NCBI GenBank assembly: GCA_044344255.1
Contig: JBIJDH010000002.1
Location: forward strand, 512,001-576,000
Reading direction: 5' to 3'
Length of the DNA stretch: 64,000 nt
Source: Myxococcota bacterium
GTDB taxonomy: Bacteria > Myxococcota_A > UBA796 > UBA2385
Shown: positions 19,897 to 29,665 of the stretch, piece after piece
Position numbering within the stretch: the stretch's first letter is position 1
How the letters are laid out: each line of letters starts with the position of its first letter
Made by a program: the position numbers and the translations under genes
Notes under the pieces: model-generated
What the model was told of the DNA's origin: nothing
Database searches by the model: none
Seen by the model: the letters and a program-made list of their open reading frames with translations, nothing else

Positions 19897-22467
19897 ATGG
19901 GCAAGGTGATCGGAATCGACCTCGGGACCACCAACACCGCCGTCGCGGTCGTGATGGAGGGTCGGCCCCGGGTCCTCGAAGACGACAAGGGCTACAAGGT
20001 GTTGCCCTCCTGCGTCTCCGTGAAGCCCGATGGGCGCTACATTGTGGGTCAGTCCGCCCGCAACCTCGTGATCACCGATCCCACGCGCACGGTCTACGCG
20101 GTCAAGCGGCTCATGGGCCGACGCTTCGACAGCCCGGAGGTGACGGAGGCCCGGCGGCGAGTCGGCTACGCGATTCAGCCGGCGCCGGACGGTGGCTGTC
20201 AGGTGGTGTTGGGCGGGGAGACCTACACCCCGGTCGAGATCTGCGCGCTGGTGCTGCAAGTGGCGAAGGGCATCGCCGAGAAGGCGCTGCACGACACGGT
20301 CGACGAGGCCGTCATCACCGTCCCCGCCTACTTCAACCACCAGCAGCGAAACTCCACCCTCGAGGCCGCCCGCCTCGCCGGCCTCCGCTGCGAGCGGCTG
20401 TTGAACGAGCCCACCGCGGCTGCCCTCGCGTACGGCTTCCGCAAGGAGATCGAGCGCACGGTGGTCGTCTACGACCTCGGCGGCGGCACCTTTGACGTCA
20501 GCGTGCTCCACCTGTCAAAGGGGGTCTACGAGGTCCTCTCCACCAGCGGCGACACGTACCTGGGCGGCGAAGACTTCGACTTCCGCATCGTGGACTACCT
20601 CGCCAACCACTTCCAGTCGGACAACGCGGTCGACCTACGGCAGGACAAGACCAGCCTCCAGCGCCTGAAGGAGGCCGCTGAGCGCGCCAAGTGCGAGCTG
20701 TCCTTCACCGATCGCACCACCGTGCTGGTGCCGAAGATCACCGAGCGAGAGAACCTTGAGGTGGCCCTGTCCCGCCTCACCCTGGAGTCGCTGGTCAAGG
20801 ACCTCATCGAGCGGACGGTCGAGGTCACCCGCGCCGCCGTGCAGGACGCCGGGCTGCAGCTCAGCCAGATCGAGGACGTCATCCTCGTCGGGGGGCAGAC
20901 CCGGATGCCCCGGGTGCGGGAGGCGATCAGCTCGCTCTTCCAGCGCGAGCCGAGCCGCACCGTCCACCCTGAAGAGGTCGTGGCGATTGGCGCGGCCGTC
21001 CATGCGGCCAGCCTCTCGGACTCCAACCTCGGCGCCACCGTCCTCCTCGACGTCACCCCCTTCGATCTCGGCATCGACGTGGCGGGCGGCCTCTTTCAGC
21101 CGGTGATCACCCGAAACAGCCACGTCCCGGCGGTTGGCACACGCACCTTCGCCACCGCCCACGACAACCAGGAGTCGGTGAAGGTGACCGTGCGGCAGGG
21201 AGAGAGCCGCTTCAGCGTCGAGAACGAATTCCTCGGGGAGTTCGTCATGAACGGCCTCACGGCGGCGCCGCGGATGCAGACGAAGGTCGATGTCCAGTTT
21301 CGCCTCGACAGCAATGGCATCCTGTTCATCACCTCCTCCGAGCAGGGGACGGGTGAGCGGAAGAAGGTCACGATCCGCAACTACGCCCAGGTCGCTCAGG
21401 GCGGCGGTCAGGCGCAGGTCGAGGTCGAAGGGGAGACCTCCGGGGCGGCCCAAAAGAGCCCCATCGCCACCGCGCCTGCGCCCGAGAAGGCCCCAAAGGG
21501 CGGGCTTGGCGCCATCGGCTTCTTGGACCGGATCTTTGGCCGCGGCAAGAAGGCGGGCGATCGTCCCACCTCCCAGGTGGCCCAGCCGGCCGCGCCGCCT
21601 CCCCTCGCGGAGGCCCCGGCGCCGGTCTTTGCGACCTATGAAGATCTCCCCGAGATGGACGCGCCAGAGGCCCTGCCCGACGACGCGCTCTTCGGGGAGG
21701 AGGCCGACCCACCCGAGGACTTCGGCGCGCTGGTCCCGCTCGACGAAGATGTACCGGCCTTTCCGCTAGACGGCTCCGATGAGGACGACGAGGGCCCGGA
21801 GCCGCTGCCGGTCGGCCTCCCCGCCTCCCGCGGCCCTGACCCCTACGCCCACGGTGGCGATGACCCCTTCGGCATCGGCGGCGGGGATGACGAGGGTGAC
21901 GACTCCTTCGCGATGCCCCTGGACGAGGAGGTCGGCTACGGGGCCGAAGAGAGCTGGGATCGGTCGCTCTCGGCGCCCCTCTCGCTGCCCGAGGACGAGC
22001 TCGAGCCGGAGCCAACGCCGCTGCCGCTGACCCCGCCTCCCGCAGCCGCCTCCCGCCCGGGCCCCTTGACGCCGGATCCCTTCGCCGATGAAGGCGAAGA
22101 CACCGACCTCCAACGCCTCCGTCGCCGCCCCCCCTCCGGTGACCGGTCCGCCCGCCGGAAGCCGGCGCGCCTCAAGCTCGCCTATCGGCGCGCTGACGCG
22201 ATGGTGGTCGAGTACCTCGACAACCTCCGCCGAGGCGGTTGTTTCGTCAAGACCGAGAAGCCGCTCCCCGTGGGCCGCGAGTGCATCATCGAGGTTCGCT
22301 CCCCCGGGCTGCGGGAGCCCCTGCACATCGCGGGGGTGGTCTCCTGGTCGAGCGCCGATCAAGCCTCGCTGCCGCCCGGTCAGGCGGAGGGTATGGGCAT
22401 CGAGTACCGCCTCGACGAGGGCGGTCGGGAAGAGATCGTGCGCGTGCTCGAGGGCCTCGTCGGCTGA
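19897..22467 (+). CDS. Hsp70/DnaK-family chaperone with acidic linker and C-terminal PilZ (TIGR02266-like) domain
   Basis: 'GIDLGTTN', 'TVPAYF', 'NEPTAAAL', 'DLGGGTFD', 'VGGQTRMP', linker 'LLDVTP'. C-terminal 'RRKPARLKLAY...NLRRGGCFV...VVSW...GMGIEY'. Confidence 0.92.
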   Translation: MGKVIGIDLGTTNTAVAVVMEGRPRVLEDDKGYKVLPSCVSVKPDGRYIVGQSARNLVITDPTRTVYAVKRLMGRRFDSPEVTEARRRVGYAIQPAPDGGCQVVLGGETYTPVEICALVLQVAKGIAEKALHDTVDEAVITVPAYFNHQQRNSTLEAARLAGLRCERLLNEPTAAALAYGFRKEIERTVVVYDLGGGTFDVSVLHLSKGVYEVLSTSGDTYLGGEDFDFRIVDYLANHFQSDNAVDLRQDKTSLQRLKEAAERAKCELSFTDRTTVLVPKITERENLEVALSRLTLESLVKDLIERTVEVTRAAVQDAGLQLSQIEDVILVGGQTRMPRVREAISSLFQREPSRTVHPEEVVAIGAAVHAASLSDSNLGATVLLDVTPFDLGIDVAGGLFQPVITRNSHVPAVGTRTFATAHDNQESVKVTVRQGESRFSVENEFLGEFVMNGLTAAPRMQTKVDVQFRLDSNGILFITSSEQGTGERKKVTIRNYAQVAQGGGQAQVEVEGETSGAAQKSPIATAPAPEKAPKGGLGAIGFLDRIFGRGKKAGDRPTSQVAQPAAPPPLAEAPAPVFATYEDLPEMDAPEALPDDALFGEEADPPEDFGALVPLDEDVPAFPLDGSDEDDEGPEPLPVGLPASRGPDPYAHGGDDPFGIGGGDDEGDDSFAMPLDEEVGYGAEESWDRSLSAPLSLPEDELEPEPTPLPLTPPPAAASRPGPLTPDPFADEGEDTDLQRLRRRPPSGDRSARRKPARLKLAYRRADAMVVEYLDNLRRGGCFVKTEKPLPVGRECIIEVRSPGLREPLHIAGVVSWSSADQASLPPGQAEGMGIEYRLDEGGREEIVRVLEGLVG

Positions 22468-22480
22468 GCCGCGCTGCCCC

Positions 22481-23218
22481 TCAGACGGCGAGCCCGCCGT
22501 CTACAACCCACTCCTGCCCCGTGACGTAGGAGGCGAGGTCTGAGGCGAGGAAGGCCACCACGCGGGCCACCTCTTCGGGCCTGCCGACCCTGCGGAGCGG
22601 GGCCATCTCCTTGACGCCGTCGAGGATCCGAGGGTCCAGTGAGCGGGTCATGTCCGTGTCGATGAAGCCCGGGGCCACGCAGTTGACCCGAATGTTGCGC
22701 CGCCCGAGCTCCTTGGCCAGCGACCGGCTCATCGCGGAGATCCCAGCCTTGCTCGCGGCGTAGTTCGCTTGACCGGCGTTGCCACGCATACCAGAGACGC
22801 TGGTGAGGTTCACGATGACGCCTCGGCGCTGGCGAAGCATGATCTGCGCCGCGGCCCGGCACATTCGGAAGGTGGCGGTGAGGTTGGTGTCGAGGGTGGT
22901 AGACCACTCCTCGTCTGACATCCGCAGCAGCAGCGTGTCACGGGTCTGGCCCGCGTTGTTGACCACGATGTCGACCGAACCCAACGCTTCGGCGGCCGCG
23001 ACGAGCGCCTGACAGCCCGCCTCGGTCGACACGTCGGCCTGGACGGCCACGCCGCCGATCTCCTCAGCGAGCTGAAGGGCCTCGGCGGCGCTCTTGTTGT
23101 AGTTCACGACCACCCGAGCGCCCGCTCGGGCGAGCTCGGTGGCGACGGCGCGTCCGATGCCCCGGCTGGCCCCGGTGACGATGGCCACCTTGCCGTTGAG
23201 ATCGATGGTGACGGACAT
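22481..23218 (-). CDS. fabG: 3-oxoacyl-ACP reductase (SDR)
   Basis: 'TGASRGIG', 'NNAG.TRD.L', '[12 protein letters not shown]', '[10 protein letters not shown]'. Confidence 0.9.
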   Translation of the reverse strand: MSVTIDLNGKVAIVTGASRGIGRAVATELARAGARVVVNYNKSAAEALQLAEEIGGVAVQADVSTEAGCQALVAAAEALGSVDIVVNNAGQTRDTLLLRMSDEEWSTTLDTNLTATFRMCRAAAQIMLRQRRGVIVNLTSVSGMRGNAGQANYAASKAGISAMSRSLAKELGRRNIRVNCVAPGFIDTDMTRSLDPRILDGVKEMAPLRRVGRPEEVARVVAFLASDLASYVTGQEWVVDGGLAV

Positions 23219-23265
23219 CCTGGCCCCCGGGAGAGGGGGCGGTGGCCCGCCCCCGCTCGATCGCA

Positions 23266-23844
23266 TCACTTCTTGGTGTTGACTCGGGTCACGTACTCAC
23301 CCGTGCGGGTGTCGACCTGGATGACCTCGCCCGACTCCAGGAAGAGGGGGACCTTCACGGTCGCGCCGCAGGCGAGCTTGGCCAGCTTGGTGGCGCCGGT
23401 GGCGGTGTTGCCGCGCACGCCCGGCTCGCACTCCACGATCTCGGAGACGATGAAGTTCGGCAGTGTGATGCTGACCGGGTTGCCCTTGTAGAAGAGCACG
23501 GAGACGTCGAGGTTCTCCGTGAGGTAGGGGCTCTCCTCAGTGAGCTTCTCGTTCGTGATCGCGATCTGCGTGTAGGTCTCGTTGTTCATGAAGTGATGGA
23601 ATTCGGCGTCCGAGTACAGGAACTGCATCGGCTGCTCCTCGACGTCCGCCGCCTCGAGGCGCTCACCGGTGCGGTAGGTCCGCTCGATGATGTTGCCGTT
23701 GAACATGTTCTTCAGCTTCGTGCGCGTGAAGGCAGTCCCCTTGCCGGGCTTCACGAACTGGAAGTAGATCATCGAGAACGGAGCGCCGTCGATCTCGACC
23801 TTGATGCCGTTGCGGAATTCCGAAGTTTCGTAGCTGCCGGCCAT
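23266..23844 (-). CDS. efp: Translation elongation factor P
   Basis: 'FVKPGKG.AF', 'PGVRGNT', 'VPLF', 'VDTRTGEY'. Confidence 0.97.
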   Translation of the reverse strand: MAGSYETSEFRNGIKVEIDGAPFSMIYFQFVKPGKGTAFTRTKLKNMFNGNIIERTYRTGERLEAADVEEQPMQFLYSDAEFHHFMNNETYTQIAITNEKLTEESPYLTENLDVSVLFYKGNPVSITLPNFIVSEIVECEPGVRGNTATGATKLAKLACGATVKVPLFLESGEVIQVDTRTGEYVTRVNTKK

Positions 23845-24064
23845 GGTGTACTCCGAGGGAGGATGCGCCAGTCCGTCGCGGGCAGGGCGCAGGTGCCTCG
23901 CCGACTGGCGGTGGAGCGGAGGGGACGGCGGCTTGGCTAACCTGCTCGCCCGGTCGGAGACGAGGCCAGCGGAGGTGACAGAAGAGGGACAGCCTCCATC
24001 CTGTGGGGGGGGCTGTGCGGGAGAGTCGAGCTCCGATACCATCGCCTACGCATTGGGAGCCCGG

Positions 24065-25783
24065 ATGGCTGTACGTCGCGCGACGCGGACCTGGACTGAC
24101 CTCGCCGCATTCTTGGAGGACTTGAACGGCTCGCTCGCCGCGGGGGCGGTGCTCCTGCCGGCAGGCACCGTGGACGGCGAGCTCGCGCCCGAGGTCAAGC
24201 TGGACTTCGTCGTGCCGGTGATCGGCCGGGTCGGGCCGATCAGCGCCCAAGTGGTCCACCGGGGCGCGGACGGCAGCGTGGCGCTCCGCCTCCCGGAGCT
24301 CGAGGCTGAAGGTGCCGCCTTGAAGCGGCTGCCCGAGGCGATCGAGCTCATCCGAGTTCATCTGCTCGACACTGGCGCGCTCGTCCTGCCGACGAAAACG
24401 GCTGACCTCGCGCGGCGGCTCGCCGAAGCCGAGGCGCGGATCGTGGCCCTCGAGGCCGAGCTCGCGACCGGTGGGGGTGTCGGCCGGAGGGGAGGCGCCG
24501 AGGGTGAGACAGCGCCCGCCCGCAGCGCGTCGTCGCCTGAACGCCGGGGGAGGGGCTTCGCCGTCCCAGACCTCCAAGGGGTGGCGCCGGCTCTGGAGGG
24601 GAAGCTGGGCGATCGGAGCTTTCGCGACGCCATCGTCCAGCTCGCGGTGGAGCGCGTCGGGGGCCTGTTCACGATCCACACGGCCGACGGGCGGGTTCGG
24701 TACGGCTTTTGGGACAAGGGCGGACCGGTCGCCTGGCGCACGGATCCGGTGCAGGAGGCCGAGGTCTTGGGGGTCCTGCTGCTCAAGGCAAACCAGATCA
24801 CCCAGGAGCAGCTGAGCGAGAGCCTCGAGCTGATGAAGCTGCACGGCATTCGCCAGGGGGAGGCCTTCATCCAGATGAACGTCCTCACCTTCACTCAGCT
24901 CATCATGGTGTTGGGCAAGCAGGTCGAGTTCCTCTTGCAGCGCGTGATGGCCGAAAAGGAGGGGAGCTGGACCTTCCACCCGCTTGAACAGCACACCGAG
25001 CAGTTCCTCCCGCCCCCGCTGAAGGTGCCCTCGCTCCTGTTTCGTGCCCTCCTGCAGCGCGCGGCCGAGTTCCGGTCGGAAGTGCTGGTCAACGCCCACA
25101 AGCCGAACCTCGACTCCTACGTCTACGTCGCGCCGGATGTGAAGCCGATCCTGGACGACATTCGTATGCAGCCGGTGGAGAAGAAGTTCCTGGAGGTGCT
25201 TCAGAGCACCGCTTGGCGACTTCGCGAGCTGTTCAGCGTGTCGCCGATGTCCCGAAACCAGACCGCCTCGATGGTATGGGTCATGAACGAGCTCGGCTTC
25301 CTCGTCTACGACGCACGTCAGGACGTGCAGCGCTACCTGGCCGAGGTGGGGTTGCTCATCCAGCGCAAGAAGGCCCAGCTGAACAAGGCCACGCACTTCG
25401 ACGCCCTTGAGGTCCACTGGATCTCGACCCCAGAGGAGGTCGAAGCCGGCTTCAAGAAGCTCGACACGGAGTTCAACCCTTCGAGCTTCCATGATCTGAC
25501 GCCGGAGCTTGCGGCAGACCTCCAGCACATCTCGAAGCGGGTGCGAGAGGCGCACGCGGTGCTGAAGGACGACAACTCTCGGCGGGAGTACCGAAAGAAG
25601 ATCATCGAGGGCTTCATGATCGTCCAGTCCGCGGAGCTGCTCGCCCGAAAGGGTGAGATGGCGATCATGCGCAAGGACCGGCGTGAGGCCGTCACCTGCT
25701 TCCTGAAGGCCCTTGAGCTCGTGCCCGGCGGCGCCGAATATCGCGAGGGCCTCCGTCGGTCGCAGGAGGTCATGGCGAGCTAG
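24065..25783 (+). CDS. Multidomain protein: PilZ-like, coiled coil, DUF4388, degenerate J domain, TPR
   Basis: DUF4388-like 'LEGKL...VGGLFTI...GGPV...EVLGVLLLK'. J-like 'HFDALEV..STPEEV..GFKKL..EFNPS...VREAHAVLKD..SRREY'. Terminal TPR helix pair. Confidence 0.75.
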   Translation: MAVRRATRTWTDLAAFLEDLNGSLAAGAVLLPAGTVDGELAPEVKLDFVVPVIGRVGPISAQVVHRGADGSVALRLPELEAEGAALKRLPEAIELIRVHLLDTGALVLPTKTADLARRLAEAEARIVALEAELATGGGVGRRGGAEGETAPARSASSPERRGRGFAVPDLQGVAPALEGKLGDRSFRDAIVQLAVERVGGLFTIHTADGRVRYGFWDKGGPVAWRTDPVQEAEVLGVLLLKANQITQEQLSESLELMKLHGIRQGEAFIQMNVLTFTQLIMVLGKQVEFLLQRVMAEKEGSWTFHPLEQHTEQFLPPPLKVPSLLFRALLQRAAEFRSEVLVNAHKPNLDSYVYVAPDVKPILDDIRMQPVEKKFLEVLQSTAWRLRELFSVSPMSRNQTASMVWVMNELGFLVYDARQDVQRYLAEVGLLIQRKKAQLNKATHFDALEVHWISTPEEVEAGFKKLDTEFNPSSFHDLTPELAADLQHISKRVREAHAVLKDDNSRREYRKKIIEGFMIVQSAELLARKGEMAIMRKDRREAVTCFLKALELVPGGAEYREGLRRSQEVMAS

Positions 25784-25800
25784 GCCAGGGTGGGGTGGCC

Positions 25801-25842
25801 AAAACGAAGAGGGCCCGGCCACCGATGGTGTGCCGGGCCCTC
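25801..25842 (-). terminator. Rho-independent terminator of the act operon (between convergent genes)
   Basis: GAGGGCCCGGC-CACC-GAT-GGTG-T-GCCGGGCCCTC hairpin, followed by TTCGTTTT on the minus strand. Confidence 0.75.
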
Positions 25843-25879
25843 CCTTCACTGAGCGGATGCGCTCAGCGGTGCTGGCTCG

Positions 25880-27193
25880 TCAGTGGCCGCGATGGGCCTG
25901 GCTCGAGGGCAGCACATGCACATGGTCCGGATCCGGGGCGAGGAAGGGGTCGCTCACCACGATGGGCGGGACCTTGCTCAGGAAGCCGACCACCACGAGG
26001 ATAAAGGCCCCAAGGAAGCCGAGGGTCATCCCGATCTCGCCGATGCCGAGGGGGAGGGTCTCCTCCTTCCAGACAGCCGGCATCACCACGAGGAAGCGCT
26101 CCAGCCAGATGCCCGTCGCGATGATGAAGGTGACGAGCAGGTAGGCCGGCGGGCTCTTCTTCAGGCCGCGCGAGAGCAGCATCGTCCAGGGCACCAGGAA
26201 GCAGAGCATGATGACGACCTTCGAGAGGGTCGCCCAGGGCTGCAGCTCGGTGCGAAGCAGGATGAAGCCGATCTCTTCGGTCATGTTGCCGTACCAGATG
26301 GGCAGGTACTGAGCGAAGAGGGTGTAGGCCCAGAACATCGTCATGCCGAAGGTGAGCTTGCCGAGGTCATGGTACACGTTCGGGGTGAGCAGCTTCGTCG
26401 CCCCCATCCACTTGCGGAGGATGGTGGAGAACATGCCCAGGTACACGAGGCCGCTCCAGATGCAGCTCATGAAGTACCAGGCTGGGAACATGTTCGCGTA
26501 CCAGTGCGGAGTCAGGCTCATCGAGATGTCGATGGCCACCATCGACCACACGAGCGCGTAGGTCACGGCCACGGCCGGCGCGAGACGGGCCTGTCGTTCA
26601 GTGGAAGCCGCGATCTCGGCCGCTTCACCCTGCCAGCCGGCCGTCAGGCGACCCCACCAAGCCGGAGCCTTGTCACCGAGGCGGGCCGCGGCGTACCCAA
26701 GGTCGGACCGGAGGCTAGCGCGAATGAACAGCAGATCGAGGACCAGCAGGAGGCCGATGCCGACCACCTGTCGTGCGACGAAGAAGGTGGGGTTGAGGTA
26801 GATCGCCTTGTGCGGCGGCGCCTCGGCTTCGGTCCAGTGGAACCACTCGTAGGCGTTGAGGCCCCCTCCGAGCAGGAACACGATGAGCAGGATGTACATC
26901 GGGATGAGGAAGAGGCCGAAGGCCTCCGCCATCCGCTTGAGCGGCCGGGGCCACCGTCCCTTGGTGATCGCGCTGATGCAGGCCAGCATGAAGCCGCCCT
27001 GCGCAATGCCACCAAAGTAGAGGAAGTTCACGATGAAGGCCCCGCGCTCTCGGTCGGGGTGCGTCATGAACCCGTACGCGGCGGACAACACGCCGATGAC
27101 GACGAGGGCGATGCCGCCGAACTTCGCTGCGGCGGGCATCGGACGCGGGGTGGTCGCGATGATGGAGCTGGTGTCGGGTGCGTGGTTTCCCAT
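25880..27193 (-). CDS. actF: Alternative complex III membrane subunit ActF
   Basis: About 10 TMs. 'MSLTPHWY', 'HDLGKL.FG', 'FWAY..FAQYL.IWYGN..EE'. Confidence 0.9.
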   Translation of the reverse strand: MGNHAPDTSSIIATTPRPMPAAAKFGGIALVVIGVLSAAYGFMTHPDRERGAFIVNFLYFGGIAQGGFMLACISAITKGRWPRPLKRMAEAFGLFLIPMYILLIVFLLGGGLNAYEWFHWTEAEAPPHKAIYLNPTFFVARQVVGIGLLLVLDLLFIRASLRSDLGYAAARLGDKAPAWWGRLTAGWQGEAAEIAASTERQARLAPAVAVTYALVWSMVAIDISMSLTPHWYANMFPAWYFMSCIWSGLVYLGMFSTILRKWMGATKLLTPNVYHDLGKLTFGMTMFWAYTLFAQYLPIWYGNMTEEIGFILLRTELQPWATLSKVVIMLCFLVPWTMLLSRGLKKSPPAYLLVTFIIATGIWLERFLVVMPAVWKEETLPLGIGEIGMTLGFLGAFILVVVGFLSKVPPIVVSDPFLAPDPDHVHVLPSSQAHRGH

Positions 27194-27196
27194 GGC

Positions 27197-27775
27197 TCAG
27201 TTCCCCGCCGGCGGAGTGGTGACCGCGGGCGTCGGCGCCTGGTACGCAGCGCCGTTCAAGGTGCGGACGTAGTGGACGATCGCCCACATCTCCTCGTCAT
27301 CCATCGCCGCGTCATAAGCCGGCATGATCTTGGACCGGCTGCCGTTGCGGATGGTCAGGTAGACATGACCGTCTGTCTGCCGAGAGACGCGGGCGTTCGG
27401 GCCGGACAGGACGTTGATGACCGGGATCGGGAAGCGCTTCTTCCCCTCCGTGTTGTCCATCACCGTGCCCTCGCCCGCCCCGGTCGCGCCGTGGCAAGGC
27501 GTGCAGTACACGTTGTACAGCACCTGCCCCTTGGCTTGGGTCGCGGCGTCATCGGGCAGCGGGTTGGTGAGCGCCTGCCCTTCCGGGGTGGCGATGTCGT
27601 ACTGCTGAACGTAGCGGTTCTGCGAGACGACGCCTTCCGGGAGGGTCATCATGACCCACTCGTAGGCCTTGAAGAAGTAGGAATCGACCATGTCGATGTC
27701 CCAGGGCAAGGCTGAGGCCGCACCGGAGGCCAGCAGCCCCGCGACGACGCCGAGCAGCACACGCTTCTTACGCAT
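27197..27775 (-). CDS. actE: Alternative complex III monoheme cytochrome c ActE
   Basis: 'DM.DS...KAYE', 'CTPCHG..G.GEG', 'MPAY', 'WAIVHYVR'. Confidence 0.88.
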   Translation of the reverse strand: MRKKRVLLGVVAGLLASGAASALPWDIDMVDSYFFKAYEWVMMTLPEGVVSQNRYVQQYDIATPEGQALTNPLPDDAATQAKGQVLYNVYCTPCHGATGAGEGTVMDNTEGKKRFPIPVINVLSGPNARVSRQTDGHVYLTIRNGSRSKIMPAYDAAMDDEEMWAIVHYVRTLNGAAYQAPTPAVTTPPAGN

Positions 27776-28334
27776 GAGCCGCCTCCATGCCGGTCACTTC
27801 GGAGGCGCCGGCGGAGTGAAGGATGGACCGGACCTTGGCGGCGTCGGCGGGAGAGAGACCATTGACCACCAGCCCGAACACATCGTCGCTGAACCGGGGG
27901 TCGGTGACCTCGTACTGGAGGTTGTTGGCCGGCAGCCCACACATGATGATCATTCCGATCAGCGTGAAGAGGCAACCCATCATGATCGTGGCCTCGAAGG
28001 TGATCACGATGAAGGCCGGGATGGACACCAGCGGCTTTCCCGCTGGGATGATCATCGGCCAATTAAGGTGGGTCAACGAGGCCGTGAGGAAGCCAGACGT
28101 CCCCCCGAACAGCGCGCCACACATCGTGAACCACCGGATCGGGCTCGGGCGGCCCTCGTAGAGCTGCTCCTCGATCTCGTGTCGGGGGAGGGGAGAGGTC
28201 ACCACCAGGTTCTTGTGGAAGCCCGCCTTCTTCAGGAGATCGATGGCCTCGATGAGGCAGTCGAGCTCAGGAAAGACGCTCTTGAGGGAGCCTGGGGTGG
28301 GGCCCGGAGGGGGACCGAAGGGGTTCGGGATCAT
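27768..28334 (-). CDS. actD: Alternative complex III subunit ActD (DUF3341)
   Basis: Two TMs. 'WP.I..GKP', 'PAFIVITFE', 'DPRFSDD.F'. Confidence 0.88.
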   Translation of the reverse strand: MIPNPFGPPPGPTPGSLKSVFPELDCLIEAIDLLKKAGFHKNLVVTSPLPRHEIEEQLYEGRPSPIRWFTMCGALFGGTSGFLTASLTHLNWPMIIPAGKPLVSIPAFIVITFEATIMMGCLFTLIGMIIMCGLPANNLQYEVTDPRFSDDVFGLVVNGLSPADAAKVRSILHSAGASEVTGMEAAHA

Positions 28335-29656
28335 GCCGCCACCTCATCGCTCTTGAGCGGGGGACGAACGAGCTCCTTGATCTCCGCGATGGCGACCGCG
28401 GGGAGCACCTTGCAGAAGGCCGTGAACCAGAAGAAGAACCAGCCGAAGCTCCCGATGAGGATTCCGATCTCCACCCAAGTCGGGGTGTAGTAGGTCCAGG
28501 AGTTGGGGTCGAACTGGTGGGCCAGGGAGCTCGCGATGATGTTGAATCGCTCGAACCACATGCCGATGTTGATGACAATCGAGACGACGAACAGCGCCAC
28601 GTAGTTGGTCCGCATCTTCTTGAACCACCACACGAGCGGGATGATGCAGTTGCACGCCGCCATCATCCAGAACACCCACCAATAGTCTCCGGTGATGCGG
28701 TACACGAAGATGTCCCACTCGTACTTGTTGTCCGAGTAGTAGGCGACGTAGTGCTCCATCCCGTAGGCGTAGGTGAGGATGCCGCCGGTGAGGAGGCACA
28801 TCTTGGCCAGGTGCTCGAAGTGCCAGAGGTTGATGTACTTCTCGAGGCTGAACAGCTTGGACAGGGGGAGCAGGATGGTGATGACCATCGCGCAGCCGGA
28901 GAAGATGGCACCGCCGACGAAGTAGGGAGGGAACAGCGTGGAGTGCCAACCGGCGGTCTGTGCCATCGCGAAGTCCCAGGACACCACCGAGTGCACCGAC
29001 AACACCAGCGGGGTCGCGAAAGCCGCGAAGAAGCCGTAGGCCGCCATGTAGTGGCGCCACTGCCGATCCGTGCCACGCCAGCCGATCGCGAGGGCCTTGT
29101 AGACCTCATGAATCGCACCCTTGGTGCGGTCCCGAATCGCAGCGATGTCAGGGACGAGGCCGATGTAGAAGAAGATGGTGGACACGGTGAAGTACGTCGA
29201 GACCGCGAACACGTCCCACATCAGCGGCGACTTGAAGTTCTGCCAGAGCTGCCGCTGGTTGGGGTACGGGAACAGCCAGTAGGCGTTCCAAGCTCGCCCG
29301 ACGTGGATGGCCGGAAAGAGGGCGGCGGTCATGACGCCGAAGATCGTAGAGGCCTCCGCCGCACGGTAGATGCCCGTTCGCCACTTCGACCGGAAGAGGA
29401 AGAGGATCGCGGAGATCAGGGTGCCAGCGTGGCCGATGCCGATCCAGAACACGAAGGTCGTGATGTAGACGCCCCAGAAGACCGGAGGGGCGTAGCCCGC
29501 GGTTCCCAGACCGTAGGTGAGCTGGTACAACCAGCAGAAGCCGCCCCAGCCCAGGGCCGCGACGCACAGCCCCATCAGGCTCCAATAGGCCATCGAGGGC
29601 TTGAAGAGAGGGCGCAGGATGTCACGTGTGACTGCGCCGTAGGTCAGGCCTTTCAC
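28331..29656 (-). CDS. actC: Alternative complex III NrfD/PsrC-family subunit ActC
   Basis: 'FVFWIGIGHAGTLISAIL', 'NFKSPLMWD', 'LSVHSVVSWDFA', 'GWHST.FPPYFV', 'GMWFERF'. Confidence 0.95.
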   Translation of the reverse strand: MKGLTYGAVTRDILRPLFKPSMAYWSLMGLCVAALGWGGFCWLYQLTYGLGTAGYAPPVFWGVYITTFVFWIGIGHAGTLISAILFLFRSKWRTGIYRAAEASTIFGVMTAALFPAIHVGRAWNAYWLFPYPNQRQLWQNFKSPLMWDVFAVSTYFTVSTIFFYIGLVPDIAAIRDRTKGAIHEVYKALAIGWRGTDRQWRHYMAAYGFFAAFATPLVLSVHSVVSWDFAMAQTAGWHSTLFPPYFVGGAIFSGCAMVITILLPLSKLFSLEKYINLWHFEHLAKMCLLTGGILTYAYGMEHYVAYYSDNKYEWDIFVYRITGDYWWVFWMMAACNCIIPLVWWFKKMRTNYVALFVVSIVINIGMWFERFNIIASSLAHQFDPNSWTYYTPTWVEIGILIGSFGWFFFWFTAFCKVLPAVAIAEIKELVRPPLKSDEVAA

Positions 29657-29665
29657 GGTGCGCTC

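Noticed and set aside
19897..22467. Housekeeping dnaK
   Set aside because: Lacks the helical lid, has a PilZ-like fusion, and no grpE, dnaJ or hrcA is adjacent, so the gene symbol was withheld.
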